From: Eledone cirrhosa
Taxonomy: Eukaryota
DNA: 64,000 nucleotides
NCBI GenBank assembly: GCA_964016885.1
Contig: OZ024747.1
Coordinates: 2,108,001 to 2,172,000 of the forward strand
Direction of reading: 5' to 3'
Made by a program: the position numbers and the translations under genes
In this document: piece after piece, positions 38,930 through 51,656 of the stretch
Layout of the letters: each line of letters opens with the position of its first letter
Numbering within the stretch: position 1 is the stretch's first letter
Notes under the pieces: generated by a model
What the model was told of the DNA's origin: nothing
Database searches by the model: none
Seen by the model: the letters and a program-made list of their open reading frames with translations, nothing else

Positions 38930-39184
38930 CTGTTTAAAGAACTTATAAATAATTAGAAAGAATAAGACAAGATATGTTTTTACAAAAAAAGAGATCAGGA
39001 ATTCGAGAAAGAAAAGAGAAAGATTACACATAAGTTTATAAGTTAATGGTTGTATTAAATATTTATATCTTTACTGTAATATCAGCAGTGACATGTATAT
39101 AAGCCAGCAAGGGATCCCCTCAGTATTTACTACACATCCCACAATGATTCATATTAACTACACTACACTCTCTCTATATATATA

Positions 39185-39365
39185 TCATCATCACCATTTT
39201 ACGTCCATTCACCCATGCTAGCATTGGTTAGATCAGTTGTCCTGTTGTGGGCAATGCCAGGTCAGGTGACCGTGTCTTGCTCATATGGTTACCTGACCTG
39301 GCACATATATATGATTACCTGACCTGGCACATATATATGGTTACCTGACCTGGTACATATATATA
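39185..39365 (-). mobile_element. SINE family C tail followed by three ~26-bp tandem units GTTACCTGACCTGGCACATATATAT
   Basis: CATCACCATTTTACGTCCATTCACCCATGCTAGCATTGGTTAGA tail; tandem units at 39287-39364. Confidence 0.7.
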
Positions 39366-39434
39366 ATCATGGTTTAGCAAAAAAGAAAAAGTTTTAAAAT
39401 AAATTTTAAAAAATTCACTGTATCTGCTATGGTT

Positions 39435-39519
39435 ACCTTTACCGTACGGTTTTGAGTCTCAAAAATAAATGGATAGTCTTTAAGGGCCTCATTGAAAAGA
39501 AAAACCCTCGTCAGAAGGT
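39435..39519 (-). ncRNA. Type I hammerhead motif with one core mutation (GAAA to AAAA)
   Basis: ACCTT-CTGACGA-GGGTTTT..GAGACTC-AAAA-CCGTACGG-TA-AAGGT; palindromic helix III ACCGTACGGT, GUA triplet. Confidence 0.7.
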
Positions 39520-39799
39520 TCTTTTCACTTGGAGAATATAAAATTCCCGAGTTCGAATTACGAACTGGCGCTATTCAAAATTGTTCCGGATATGAGAATG
39601 AATGATGTGGAAGCAATTCTGTCCAGTGCCGTGTGCAAAGATAGAAGGCAGAGGCGGAGAGGTCAATCTACTACCACTAGAAATAGCAGCAGTCAAAACG
39701 ACCAAATGTTATCTCGACCAGGAGGAGATTAATAATAATAAAGTATATATCCCTACACACAAAATACGTATAGGGACACATGTATTATCCAACCATATG

Positions 39800-39842
<43 letters not shown>

Positions 39843-39990
39843 AGAGAGGAATATCCTGATGGTTTCTTACGAATGAAGCAGTTCTACTCCTGTAGACGTC
39901 ATTTTTTTAATATAGAATAACTATGCTTATACTGACTACCTTATTTAACTGTGGATATTTCTCAATTCCCTTCAGGATATCATCCTTAAT

Positions 39991-40024
<34 letters not shown>

Positions 40025-41683
40025 GATGGGAAAATATTGGGTTTGAAAACGCAGACAAATGTTTAAATTAACAGATCTGATAGATTCTCTCCATGTTCTC
40101 ACTAGGTGAAAATATTGTTGGTATTGCTTCCAATGTAGTCAAAGCATTACTTCATGCTATGTTCCAGTATGAAAATGTATGGTTTAAAAATTATTGGAAT
40201 TGCATCTGTCATTATAAATAGTCTATACATACTTTGTGAGAATTATCTCTCTTCTTATTTATTATTATTATTATTTTTAGTTCATTTGATATTTAAAATG
40301 ATAGAATTTATTCTTGTTATATCAGTGCATGAGAGATTCTTGGAAAAAGAAATCTAGTCATAAAACCAATTATAGTGAAATTTCAATTTTCACAATAAAG
40401 AGAAAAATAGCTATTTACATAGACATCAAACATTGAGGAAAAGACAGTGAAGTGGCTATTTACATAAACAGGAGCATTTATGTTAGTAAATTAAAGGGTT
40501 GCATTACCGTTTTCACACATCCCTTTCAACACCCATCTGTTAAAAAAAAACAAAAAAACTTTCAGCACTAACTTGGTAAATGAAGTTAATGTATGATGTC
40601 ATGATAGAAATTGTGATATCTTTGAAATCATTCATAATTCACAAGGGTTAGTCTTTCTTTTAGATACATAACAAATTGATATCTTGTCATCTCTATGTTG
40701 TTCTCATCACTTACAAGTTTCGTTGTATTTCACACAAATATATTTAGCCTACACAAATATGAGAAAAATACTTTCCACTTTCCCTTTTCACTTCATTTAT
40801 ATAAAAATTTGTGATAAAAATCAGTAATTAGATACAGTTGGTAGTTTTGTTAGATGTATGGAGCTACAGAGCAGAAAAATTTGCTTCTTTCATTTACAAT
40901 AGTTGGAGTTATTTTATTATCTGACTTCTTTCAGTAGATAATAAAATAAACAAAGAAAGAATATTTATTTTATTTATTTTATTTATCATTAGTTCAAGGA
41001 ATGATTGCAAAGAATTGATTATAAGCCATAACTGATTTTAGTTGGAATTTTGTCGTGTTCAGTCTATTTGTCATTTTTTGAAAACCATATTTGTGAAATT
41101 CCTCCTACCAAGTACTTTTATAAATATTTTAAGTGTAATGCTATTTAGTTAAAAAAAACCTATATAATTCAATATAAAATGAAATAAACATGTAGAAAAT
41201 GTAATAATCACAGCAAATATTAACAAATATCCTTACAATATTGAATTTCTGTTCCACTATTTTTGAGGAAAGAAAAATCCAGCTGATTTGAAATGATTGA
41301 AATGTTAACAATAAATACATACATAAATAAATAAATAAAGGGGCAAATAAATAAAATAAAAAATAAAATCAGTCAGTATCTCTTCAGAAACATTGACACC
41401 TGTTCAACTAAAAAATAGTTAATCGTGTTATCAATGTTGGGTTTCTTCAAATTATTTGCTGCAGGTTTAGTTTTTGAAGGAATTTGAAATTGAAGATATT
41501 CTTTAATTTTTTTTCTTTTCTTTTGTTGGAGTGAACAGAGTTGTTTCTCCAGCTGAAGTTAGACATTTTAGTCAACTGGTGCAGCAGAAAAGAATATTAT
41601 CTAGGAAAACATAATTTGGATTCAAATTGAAAAATATTTTAAATGAATTTGCCAAACAGTGATAGACATTGTATTTCATGATG

Positions 41684-41686
<3 letters not shown>

Positions 41687-41763
<77 letters not shown>

Positions 41764-41987
41764 ATATATATGTATATACATATATATATATATGTAATAT
41801 GTATGTATATACATATATATATATGTAATATATATGTGTATACATATATATGTGTATGTAATATATATGTATATACATATACATACATATATATATATAT
41901 ATGTGTGTGTGTATGTATATGTATATACATATATATTACATACACATATATATGTATATACATATATATTACATACACATATATATG
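41687..41987. repeat. (TA)n and TA/TG-rich tract
   Basis: Direct reading. Confidence 0.9.
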
Positions 41988-42994
41988 CACAATTTTTATT
42001 TATATGAGTTCTAGTTACTAAAGTGTTTTTCACCAACCAGGTGTTCATCCAATGGCCATTCACAAAATAAACTGTGAAAATTTGCTTACATAGACAATTT
42101 TGTTTTATATTACATCTATTCAGAAACAGTAGTTTTTTGGGGACATTTGAAACCAAAAATTGCAATTAACTGGCTAATTTGGTTGACTGTATCACTGAAA
42201 GTGAAGTGACAAGAACTATTTCACCCTTAGCTTTTACAACTTCTACAGGGCTGTTTATTTATTTAGTTTTTGCTTATGATAATAGCTAAGTGGCAGTGAA
42301 ATGACAGAGTTGTTAGAACATCAGATAGAATGCTTTGTGGTATCCATTTTGGCTCAAAACCCGCCGAGGTCAACTTTGCCTTTCTTCAATTCAAGGTTGA
42401 TAAAAAAGTACCAGCCAAGTACTGGAGTTGATTCTTCCTCTGTCTCTGTTTGTTACTTCCATTCTCTCACTACCTATCCTTATTTGGAAGAAATCTGCTG
42501 TTTTCAGACCTGGAGAGGTGATGGGCTCCACCAGGTTTCAAAAGGGCCCTAGAAACGCCATATGTCAATACAGAGCACCTATCACTCCCCCAGAAATTAC
42601 AGGACCATACAATAGAAGCATCTATACAGCATTCTAAAGATCAAAGCTGTTGAAAATAACTTTGAGAATCAGAGTTTATTCCTGTTGAAACTCTTCCTTC
42701 CACATATAGAGTAGATTAGTGTTTCTTGCAAGATAAGTCAATATCTTTGAAACGTGTAGAAGTTGTTAGAACATTGCATGAAATTACTAGTACTCAGACA
42801 ATGATGAAGAAGATAGTGATGTTCATATTATAGACTAAAATCCTTGATTGTGATGCCCCAGCATGATCACGCTCTAATAATGAAAGCAGTAAAAATGAAA
42901 AGAATGTATTTATTAATGTACACACACACACACATATATATATATAATATATATATATGTATATATAATATATATATGTATATATATAATATAC

Positions 42995-43037
<43 letters not shown>

Positions 43038-43069
43038 TATATATATTATATATATATATTATATATTAT

Positions 43070-43385
43070 AAAGAAAACGAAAAATCAGTGATGCATCTGG
43101 ACTTAATTTATTGCGTGTTACAATTGTTTCTCCGGCAGGTAACTCAAGACGTGGTCCTTGTATGGATCTGGCTGATTCTACTTCTGAGGTTCATTCAGAC
43201 ACGAGTATTTCGTTAGGAGCAAATTTTATCACTGGGGTGTTATCATAAAAAAATACCCTAAAAAAACCGTACTTCCACTCTTGTCATGCCATTGGCTGTT
43301 TTTACTCAACGTCATCACAAGTTCTGGTCAGTATCTACTGCCACACAGGTCATAAAAAAACACCCTAAAAAAACCGTACTTCCTA
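43070..43385 (-). mobile_element. Second copy of the 32078 element, with hammerhead-like motif at 43114-43203
   Basis: CGTGT-CTGAATGA-...-GAAA-CAATTG-TA-ACACG; flanked by TA tracts; ~33-bp internal segment duplicated at the end. Confidence 0.6.
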
Positions 43386-43386
43386 T

Positions 43387-43433
<47 letters not shown>

Positions 43434-43447
43434 ATATATATATATAT

Positions 43448-43538
43448 ATAATGAAGGAGTGAAGAATAACATAGATCCGCTATACAGAATAAACCCTAGT
43501 GTATAGCCGATCTGTGTTATTCTTCACACCTTCATTAT
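43448..43538. repeat. 39-bp inverted repeat with 13-nt loop at the edge of a (TA)n-flanked element (to ~43695)
   Basis: ATAATGAAGGAGTGAAGAATAACATAGATCCGCTATACA pairs with TGTATAGCCGATCTGTGTTATTCTTCACACCTTCATTAT. Confidence 0.85.
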
Positions 43539-43734
43539 TAATACTCCAGGAACCACTTACCTAGGAACTGAACACCACAACTAAGTAAGCCTCGAACAAC
43601 GTCAAACAACGACTCATATTAGAATCCTCCACTGTACAGATTACTCATTACCTCTACTTGGATTACCTTATATGATACGTCATTTACTTCAATATATTTA
43701 TATATATATATACACTCACATACATACGCACACA

Positions 43735-44345
43735 CAGTGGTGGACTTGCCAGGTTGCCCAATGGCAAGTGGGCCCCAAGGTCCCACGGTAGCATTGCAGG
43801 GCCCACTGTAGTATTTTAGGGGCCAATACTTAGCTTTCAAAAAATACCTGAAGTCTAAGAGAAAGAATAAACATTTTTTAAAAATAAATAAAACAATTAA
43901 GCAAAGCATTTGGTCAACGACATCACATCATTTTGTGTTGACAATTTTGAAAGTAGGTTTATATGTATGCATTTTCAGTAGATTTGTGTGGCTGTCTCAG
44001 TGGCCTTGTGGTAAGTACTAGCGACGGTGGAGATCCTGGTCTTGGGTTCCATCCTGGTCAAGAGGTACATGTAATGTCTTTCAGTTTTTATTTTACATCC
44101 CATAGAAAAAAGACTGAAACGTTTTACCAGGAACCCTACTCTCCCAACCAGGATTGAACTTCAGACCAGGATCACCACTGTCTATGATTCCTCCAACTAA
44201 GCCACCGAGACAGCTACAAAAGTATAATGAAAATTAATAATTATAAACCTACTTTCAAAATCAAAATTAAATGATAGCCTTCTATATGTAGGTGGGCCCC
44301 CTTCATCTCCTGGCACCCAATATTTTTAGACCCAGTCCACCAGTG
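43735..44345. mobile_element. hAT-like MITE carrying a nested insertion
   Basis: TIRs CAGTGGTGGACT / AGTCCACCAGTG and subterminal GGGCCC motifs; TSD not resolvable in the microsatellite flanks. Confidence 0.6.
43945..44260. mobile_element. Second copy (inverted) of the twin-tRNA MITE-like element
   Basis: TTTTGAAAGTAGGTTTATA...TATAAACCTACTTTCAAAA; homologous to 15746-16025. Confidence 0.8.
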
Positions 44346-44358
44346 TATATATATATAT

Positions 44359-44474
44359 ATAGGAATGAGTAGGACCCCGACGGCTGAGCTCGAGCCATTT
44401 CGACGGCTAATTCAGTCCAGAATTAGCCATCGAAATGGCTTGAGCTCAGCCGTCGGGGTCCTACTCGTTCCTAT
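44359..44474. repeat. GC-rich hairpin with 55-bp arms and 6-nt loop, containing the 3' half of a hammerhead
   Basis: Arms 44359-44413 and 44420-44474 have 3 transition mismatches; GAAA-TGGCT.tgagctc.AGCCG-TC. Confidence 0.9.
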
Positions 44475-44570
44475 TACCCACTCTACTACCCTAAGTATTG
44501 AGTACTTTGGTGCGTTATGGTCCACCTGGTTCCTTACCACATTTCCTTCGTTATATATATATATATATAT

Positions 44571-44726
44571 ATATTTGTCACTTAATGAAAATTTAGAAGT
44601 AAAAAACCCCTATATATATATGTATACATATGCCCGTGTGGGATATATATCATTTTGATTTCTTTGTTAAGTGAGACATGAGAGGGTTTTTTTCCTTCTT
44701 CTAAATTTTCATTAAGTGACAAATAT
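44571..44726. repeat. 29-bp perfect inverted repeats around a ~100-bp spacer
   Basis: ATATTTGTCACTTAATGAAAATTTAGAAG / CTTCTAAATTTTCATTAAGTGACAAATAT. Confidence 0.85.
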
Positions 44727-45165
44727 GTGTCATATATATATATATATATATATACACACAAATGTATGTATATATGTTTGTATGTATATTTCCTGAGAAT
44801 ATTATTTGATATCATCACCAATCATTTCCTATACAACAACAACAGCAATAAATGGTCTGGGAATAACAGAATATCTGTTAAAAACATAATAAAAAACAAA
44901 ACACAAGCCAAAAAAGCTATGATATCTATGAAATCTAATTCTTGTGTTTCAAGTGTAAATGTAAAACGGCAATATCGTGGTATTTGTCATCCAATATTTC
45001 ACAGAGAACAGGAACAAACACATGCAAATTACATTTATATGTATATCACATTTATTTCTCTATCTTTCTCTGTATCTCTACATTACTGCCTTCGTCCTTG
45101 CCCCACAACCATCACATTCCCTCCTCTCTGTCTTCCACTGAATATACATACATATAAATATGTAC

Positions 45166-45197
<32 letters not shown>

Positions 45198-47104
45198 ATT
45201 CATATTACTTTTAATTTTGCTTAAAGCAATGCACATAAAAATTTCTAGTATTCTAGTATTTTCTATCTGGCAACATATGAAAGCCACTGTTATCTAAAAT
45301 AGAATCTTCTCAATTTTAGAAAACACATTTAGAATTGCATTTCTCCAAATCTATATCAATATCATGTATATTGTATCATGCCAGAAATATTAATTTCTTT
45401 CTTAATCAATTGGCAAAACGAAGCCTGTCATGGAAAATATTTAAGGATTTAATTATGAATGAGGAATTTTGTCATCTGTCACTTATCATAATCTGATACT
45501 TAGTATTCCATTGATATCACCTCACATTAAACTGACTGTTTCTAAAATTGAAAGTCTTTCTATTCAATATCATGCCTGATTTAAATTTTAAAACCAGCCA
45601 ACTAATTCAAAAATATTTCTTTAAACAAAAACAAAAAGTAAAAACAATAATAATGATAAAAATCGAAAAACTTTCAAAACATGTATTTAATTAATTTTCT
45701 TAGTTTCTATTACTAGTACAGTGGTGTTTGTCATTATAAATCTTCTTTTTTAATTCTGTAATGGAGATTCTTGAAAAATCCTAGCATATCTTATTCTGCC
45801 AAATGGTAGTTTTCATGTGAATAGACAAAAGTATAATTTGACTCTTCATTGTCCTAAAGCCAGATCAAATTTGCATCAATCTCATCCAGTTAAAGCCTTT
45901 AACAATACAAAATCAATCAATGGTACAAACACAAAATCACTCTTATCAAAGACTTCCATTACCAGTGACAGCTAATTTAAACATGCCAAACACTTCTCCA
46001 TACCATGTGTTACCATTCTTAACTGTATAAACTTGAATATTATGATATATCTTCTTCCCATAATCTGAGAAATGCTGCTAACAGTAATACCCAACATTGT
46101 ACAAGAAACAAATGACTCAGTCTGTGGACAATTACTTGCAAAATAGTAATTGCGATTCTGTAGAAATATATCATTTGAAACATGTTTTATATTCAGTGTA
46201 TGTGTGTGTGTATTTATCTATGTGTGTGTATATTTGTCTATGTCTATGTTTTCTATTCAGTGTATGTGTGTGCATTTGTCTATGTGTATGTGTGTTTGTC
46301 TATGTGTGTGTATTTGTCTATGCGTATGTGTGTTTGTCTATATCTATGTTTTATATTCAGTGTGTGTGTTTGTCTTCGTTTTATATTCAGTGTATGTGTG
46401 TGTGTTTGTCTATGTTTTATATTCAGTGTGTGTGTTTATGTGTCCATGTCTATATTGTTGCATTTGTCCCATAACAGCAATTTGGCAAATTGAGATCAAT
46501 AAGTACTGGAATGGATATGATCATTGGAACTCTCAAAGACAGTTGAATGACAGAAACAAAATCAGTGAAAGAGCTGATTCATTTTTATTGTTACTGTTCA
46601 TTTGCTCTATTGATTTTATGTGTATGGAACTAAAACATCCTTGCAACTGATCAACCTTAATTATGAAGAGTACACAATTAGAAGAACCCCCTCATTCACT
46701 CCAAATGTTAAGCCTCACTCTCACTAAGGACCTCTTGTGAATGCACATCCTAGAACTAGAACTGCATCTAAAAGATTAGCTCTTCTCTTCAGAACCAGAA
46801 ATTTCTTAGGTTCTTTACAAATTCTGATCCATTAAAAACTCAGATAAAACCCACAATAGAATACTGCTCCAACATCTAGATTGGGGCTGTTGCCATGCAC
46901 ACAAATATCCTAAACTATATTAAGAAAAAGATTATTTGTTTCATTGGCATGCAATCACTGCTAGTCAGGCTTAAGTCTCTGGTCCACAAAACCTCTCACT
47001 TCTCTTTCTACTTCTACTATAACGTCCTCTGTTCCTGGAAGGAAAAGAGTGAGAAAGAGGGGGAGATATAAAAGAGATAGGTAACAATAGAGAGAGAGCA
47101 AATA

Positions 47105-47490
47105 ATTGTTTCTAGATTGAGGCACAAGGCCAGAAATTTGAAGGGAAAGCGAAATTTGATTGTGCATTACTGGTACTTTATTTACAAACCCCGTAAGGAT
47201 GAACACAAACATAAAGGGATGTAACTATATGCTGCAAAGCATTTTGTTCAATGCTTTAACGATACTGCCAATCCACCATAATTATTTCTAACATAGATAC
47301 AAGGTAATACATTTCAGATAGAAGCTAGATGATTAAATGGACCCAGCATTTGACTGGTACTTTATTTTATCAACCCAGGAGGATGTAAAGGAAAGTTGAC
47401 CATGGAAGAATTTGAACTCAGAATGTAAAAAACTGGAATAAATACTGCAAACTATTTTTCTCTAATGAATCTACCAATCAACCACCATTA
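47105..47490 (-). mobile_element. Two adjacent decayed family A SINEs
   Basis: Two CTGGTACTTTATTT...GGATG...AAAG bodies and a TTTGAACTCAGA B-box remnant. Confidence 0.65.
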
Positions 47491-47642
47491 TTGAAATGAA
47501 GGAGTAGTAGTTAGATATGAAAACATGCTGAAAGACAGAGCCCACTCGGAGTTTCCATCCATAATTCCCTTGACTTCGAGTTACTCTGTAGACTTTACTC
47601 TATTCTTGTTATGGCAGCTTTAGTTCTTGTTTTTATGTTTAA

Positions 47643-47862
47643 CCCTTTAGCATTTACATTACTCTATATATACTATTGTATTTTTGTGGTAAAGGCTTTA
47701 CCTCACATAATTATCTCACATAATATCGAATCTATGAGATTTTGATAGTATTTATTTTGAGAACAATACCTTAATATCAGTATGAGGGCAGGATATGGTC
47801 AGTTTGAACAGAAAGAGAGGAGTTAATTCTGGCCGAATATGGCTGGTTTAAATGCTAAAGGG
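47643..47862 (+). mobile_element. piggyBac-type MITE
   Basis: TTAA|CCCTTTAGCATTTA...TAAATGCTAAAGGG|TTAA. Confidence 0.85.
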
Positions 47863-49304
47863 TTAAGACTGGATTAGTAAGAAGGGGATTCAGCTGAAGA
47901 GCCATGGATGTCTTCTGTGAATATTACAGCACCCATGAACTTTTAGAGAAGCTCCTCCCAACCCCTGGCCCTTGAAAGATCTTTTTTTTCTGGCCTACAA
48001 AGTTTCTCTTGGTGGTCCTGATTCTATGGAATCACAAAAATGTGACACGATAAAATCAAATCACATAAATTTTAAACTAGGAAATTTTAACTTATTGATT
48101 TAGAAATATTGTGTCTTCACTGTTATTTATAGACTACTTAAAGGAAATGGAATCCTGTTTATAATGGTTCATTTGTCTTACAACAATGATTAAAATAAAA
48201 AAAAACCAAAAAAAACCAAAAAAAAAACACAGCTCAAAATATCTGGTATTAATTTGTATTAGCTGTTGATAAATTTGAATATTTTAACAAAAGTAGAGCA
48301 AAACCTGTTAGCTAATTAACTCACTGTATTAAAGCAAACCTTGGGAATAGTTGTAAAAGAGAGAAATTAAGAAAACATTGTGAGTAAGCTAAAGCTAATA
48401 TCTTAAGAGCTGCTCCTAATGTGTTGGTTAAATCTTATATTTATATCACTTTATTAATAACAACATTTAATCTGTCATATATTTTTGAGGAAATAATTCA
48501 TATTTTAAGACCACTTTAGATTTATTTCAATAACAAAAGAAGAAAAAGTAAAGAAATTCAATTCTATCAGAAATTCTAACCAATATTCTTGGACCAATTA
48601 AGTATAGGAATATGTACTAGGAATCAATATTATTTAAGAGGATAGAACAATTTTCATTTATATCTTTCAAATTGCCATCCAACAAAGCTGTTGTATAATG
48701 GTGTGATGATGTAGATATCCTTTTTATCATCTTACTAATCTCAGGAGTTCTTCTTGTCACTAACAGAAATCCAAAAATTATTTGAAAGCAGCATTAAAGA
48801 ATAACAACACAAATCTTAAAAAAAACATACAAAAAAACAAACAACAACAACAACAACAAAAATAGCAAACAAACAAAACGAAACAAAATATAAATATATA
48901 TAGGCTTTTATTTATTTCATGGTGATAATCAATAAAACTTCATGCAAAAATATTGATCTTTCATAGTGAGAAATATATCAGCATATACTGGACAATAATA
49001 GAGATTACAAGAAAGATAAGTTGGGGACTTTACATCCCAATATTTCTCAGTTTTGTCTATATGTGTGTATTGATTAGAAAGGAAAGAAGGGTAGAGGAAA
49101 ACTATAGTGGCATATATTAGGAAGAAGAAAAACAAACCAACAAATTACATCTTTACAACAGGAATAAAATTATTATTATTGTTATTATTATTACTATTAT
49201 TATTATTATTATTGTCACTATTATCATCATCATTATCATTATTATTATTTCAAGAATTATATTTTATTTATTGTCAGAATTACCATCTAACAAACATCTG
49301 CTTC

Positions 49305-49357
<53 letters not shown>

Positions 49358-50522
49358 CTTTATTTCTTTCATTCCATCTTTATTTCTGTCTTTCTCCAGA
49401 TATCAATAAGCTAGCAAATGGATTTTCATAAATACATACAAATATGTGTTGGCTGTATGTTTATAGAATTGTATATGAATCTTCCCTAAAGCAATATTCA
49501 AGTACATTAAACTCAGTTGCCAACTGCATTTCTGTTTCCCTTCCTTGGGAACCTTAACAAGCCTGTCATTGGCTGTAGCAGATATTACACAAATACAGAC
49601 CAACAACATAATACAGCTGTCACACACCAACAGCAGCAGTGAGTGTATAAAACTCAATGGTAGGATACAGATTTCTTGTAATGACATTCACATACGGAAT
49701 CGGTAGTAGCAACACTGTAAGTATATATACATATATACTTTATTATTATTGTTTTTTTTAAAAATCTTAATTTACCTGTGGTTTTTTTTGTTTTTTAATT
49801 TAAGAAACACAGACATAAATATAAAATTGTTGAAATACCTTTAAATTATAGAAAAAAGAAATTATAGTAAAAAGTAAAGAATAAAACAAACAAGAAAAAT
49901 AAAAGAATTTACAAAAACACAAAAAAGTAAACAAATAAACTAAATATAAGACAAAAACAAAACAAAAGAAATAAAACTGTGATTGGAAATCCTTTTTTTA
50001 TTTTAATTTTTTCTGATAAGAATTTAAATAGTTTGAAAATTTTAAATGTGGTGGATCATCATCATCACCATTATCATGCTACTACACACTTTTGATGAGT
50101 TGTGGTGCACCTGAGCACTGTACAATCATTTCATTATTATCATTTTCCTCATTTTCCCTATACACATCACTATCAATGTCACTATCATCATCATCATTGT
50201 CATCATCATAACCACCACCACCACCACCCCATTGCCATCACCACCAGCAACATCACTGTCATCATCATCATCATAACCACCACCAACACCACCCCATTGC
50301 CTTCACCACCATCATCATCATTATTCTCCTCTTCCTCCACCTCCTCCTACACATCATCATCATCAACCTAACTGTTGTTGTTACTCAAGATATTGCCCAG
50401 CATGGCCACAGACTAATAATTGAATCCAGTTAAAAAATAAAAATAAAATTATAAAACCAAAAAGTCAAAGAAAAAAACATCCTTAGTTAGTTTTTAATTT
50501 ATATAACTTAATATAGAACTGG

Positions 50523-50976
50523 TCGGTGTGGAGACTTCAGGTGTGGACTTTGTACTGTCGGTGTGGAGACCTCAGGTGTGGACTTTGTACTGTCGGTGTG
50601 GAGACCTCAGGTGTGGACTTTGTACTGTCGGTGTGGAGACCTCAGGTGTGGACTTTGTACTGTCGGTGTGGAGACCTCAGGTGTGGACTTCGTACTGTCG
50701 GTGTGGAGACTTCAGGTGTGGACTTTGTACTGTCGGTGTGGAGACTTCAGGTGTGGACTTTGTACTGTCGGTGTGGAGACCTCAGGTGTGGACTTTGTAC
50801 TGTCGGTGTGGAGACTTCAGGTGTGGACTTTGTACTGTCGGTGTGGAGACTTCAGGTGTGGACTTTGTACTGTCGGTGTGGAGACTTCAGGTGTGGACTT
50901 TGTACTGTCGGTGTGGCGACCTCAGGTGTGGACTTTGTACTGTCGGTGTGGAGACTCAGGTGTGGACTTTGTACTG
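50523..50976. repeat. Minisatellite, 35-bp unit TCGGTGTGGAGAC(C/T)TCAGGTGTGGACTTTGTACTG x13
   Basis: Direct reading; the last unit is 34 bp. Confidence 0.97.
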
Positions 50977-51656
50977 TCCAGCTCTTCCATAAGATGGGAA
51001 TGTCAGCAGCCCTGTAAAGAGCTAGAAATGCTTTGCAGTCTTGTCTGTGAGACACAGCCCCAACACTGCTGAACACTAGGCCCAGAACCCATCACCCTCT
51101 CCCCTTCTCCCTCCCTTTCTTCTGTGGCCCTAGAGTCCTTGCTTTTCCCCTCCTTTTCCTCTTATGGCTTTCATAGTCCTTTCCTCTACTTCCCCATACA
51201 GCCAGACCTGCCCTTCCTCATCCCTTCCTCACCCCTTCCTCACCCCTACCTTACCCCTTCCCACTCCTACCTTACCCCTTCCTTCCCATTTTCTCATTAA
51301 TTTAACTTTTATTTTTATTTCTCTTATTTATTTATCTTTTGAAAAGAAACTTCTCTAAATAAAATCTTAAAGTTGTATTTATTTTGCAGGTAACTTAATC
51401 ATTTATATATTATATTAATTATTACCTGTAACTTTAGCTAGACATTAATAACAAGTAAAACATAGCAACAATTTAATGATTACAGGTGTTTAGTAATAAT
51501 TAATGAAAGGAAGGAGTTGAAAAAGTGAAAATAATTAAAACTATTTAACAAAAAACTGTTAAAACAACATTTTATTGAATATGAATAAACAAGTTTGGTT
51601 TGGAAATACTTTTTATTTCTCTTGAAATATATTTCAAGTGTTAAACTTAGGTGGAA

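Noticed and set aside
40085-40230. Possible exon GENIVGIASNVVKALLHAMF after TTCTCACTAG
   Set aside because: Short, no recognisable homology, no good donor; a diverged local duplication explains the pattern.
51370-51395. Recursive splice site TTTATTTTGCAG|GTAACT
   Set aside because: The motif fits but is expected by chance in AT-rich DNA, and no host gene is established.
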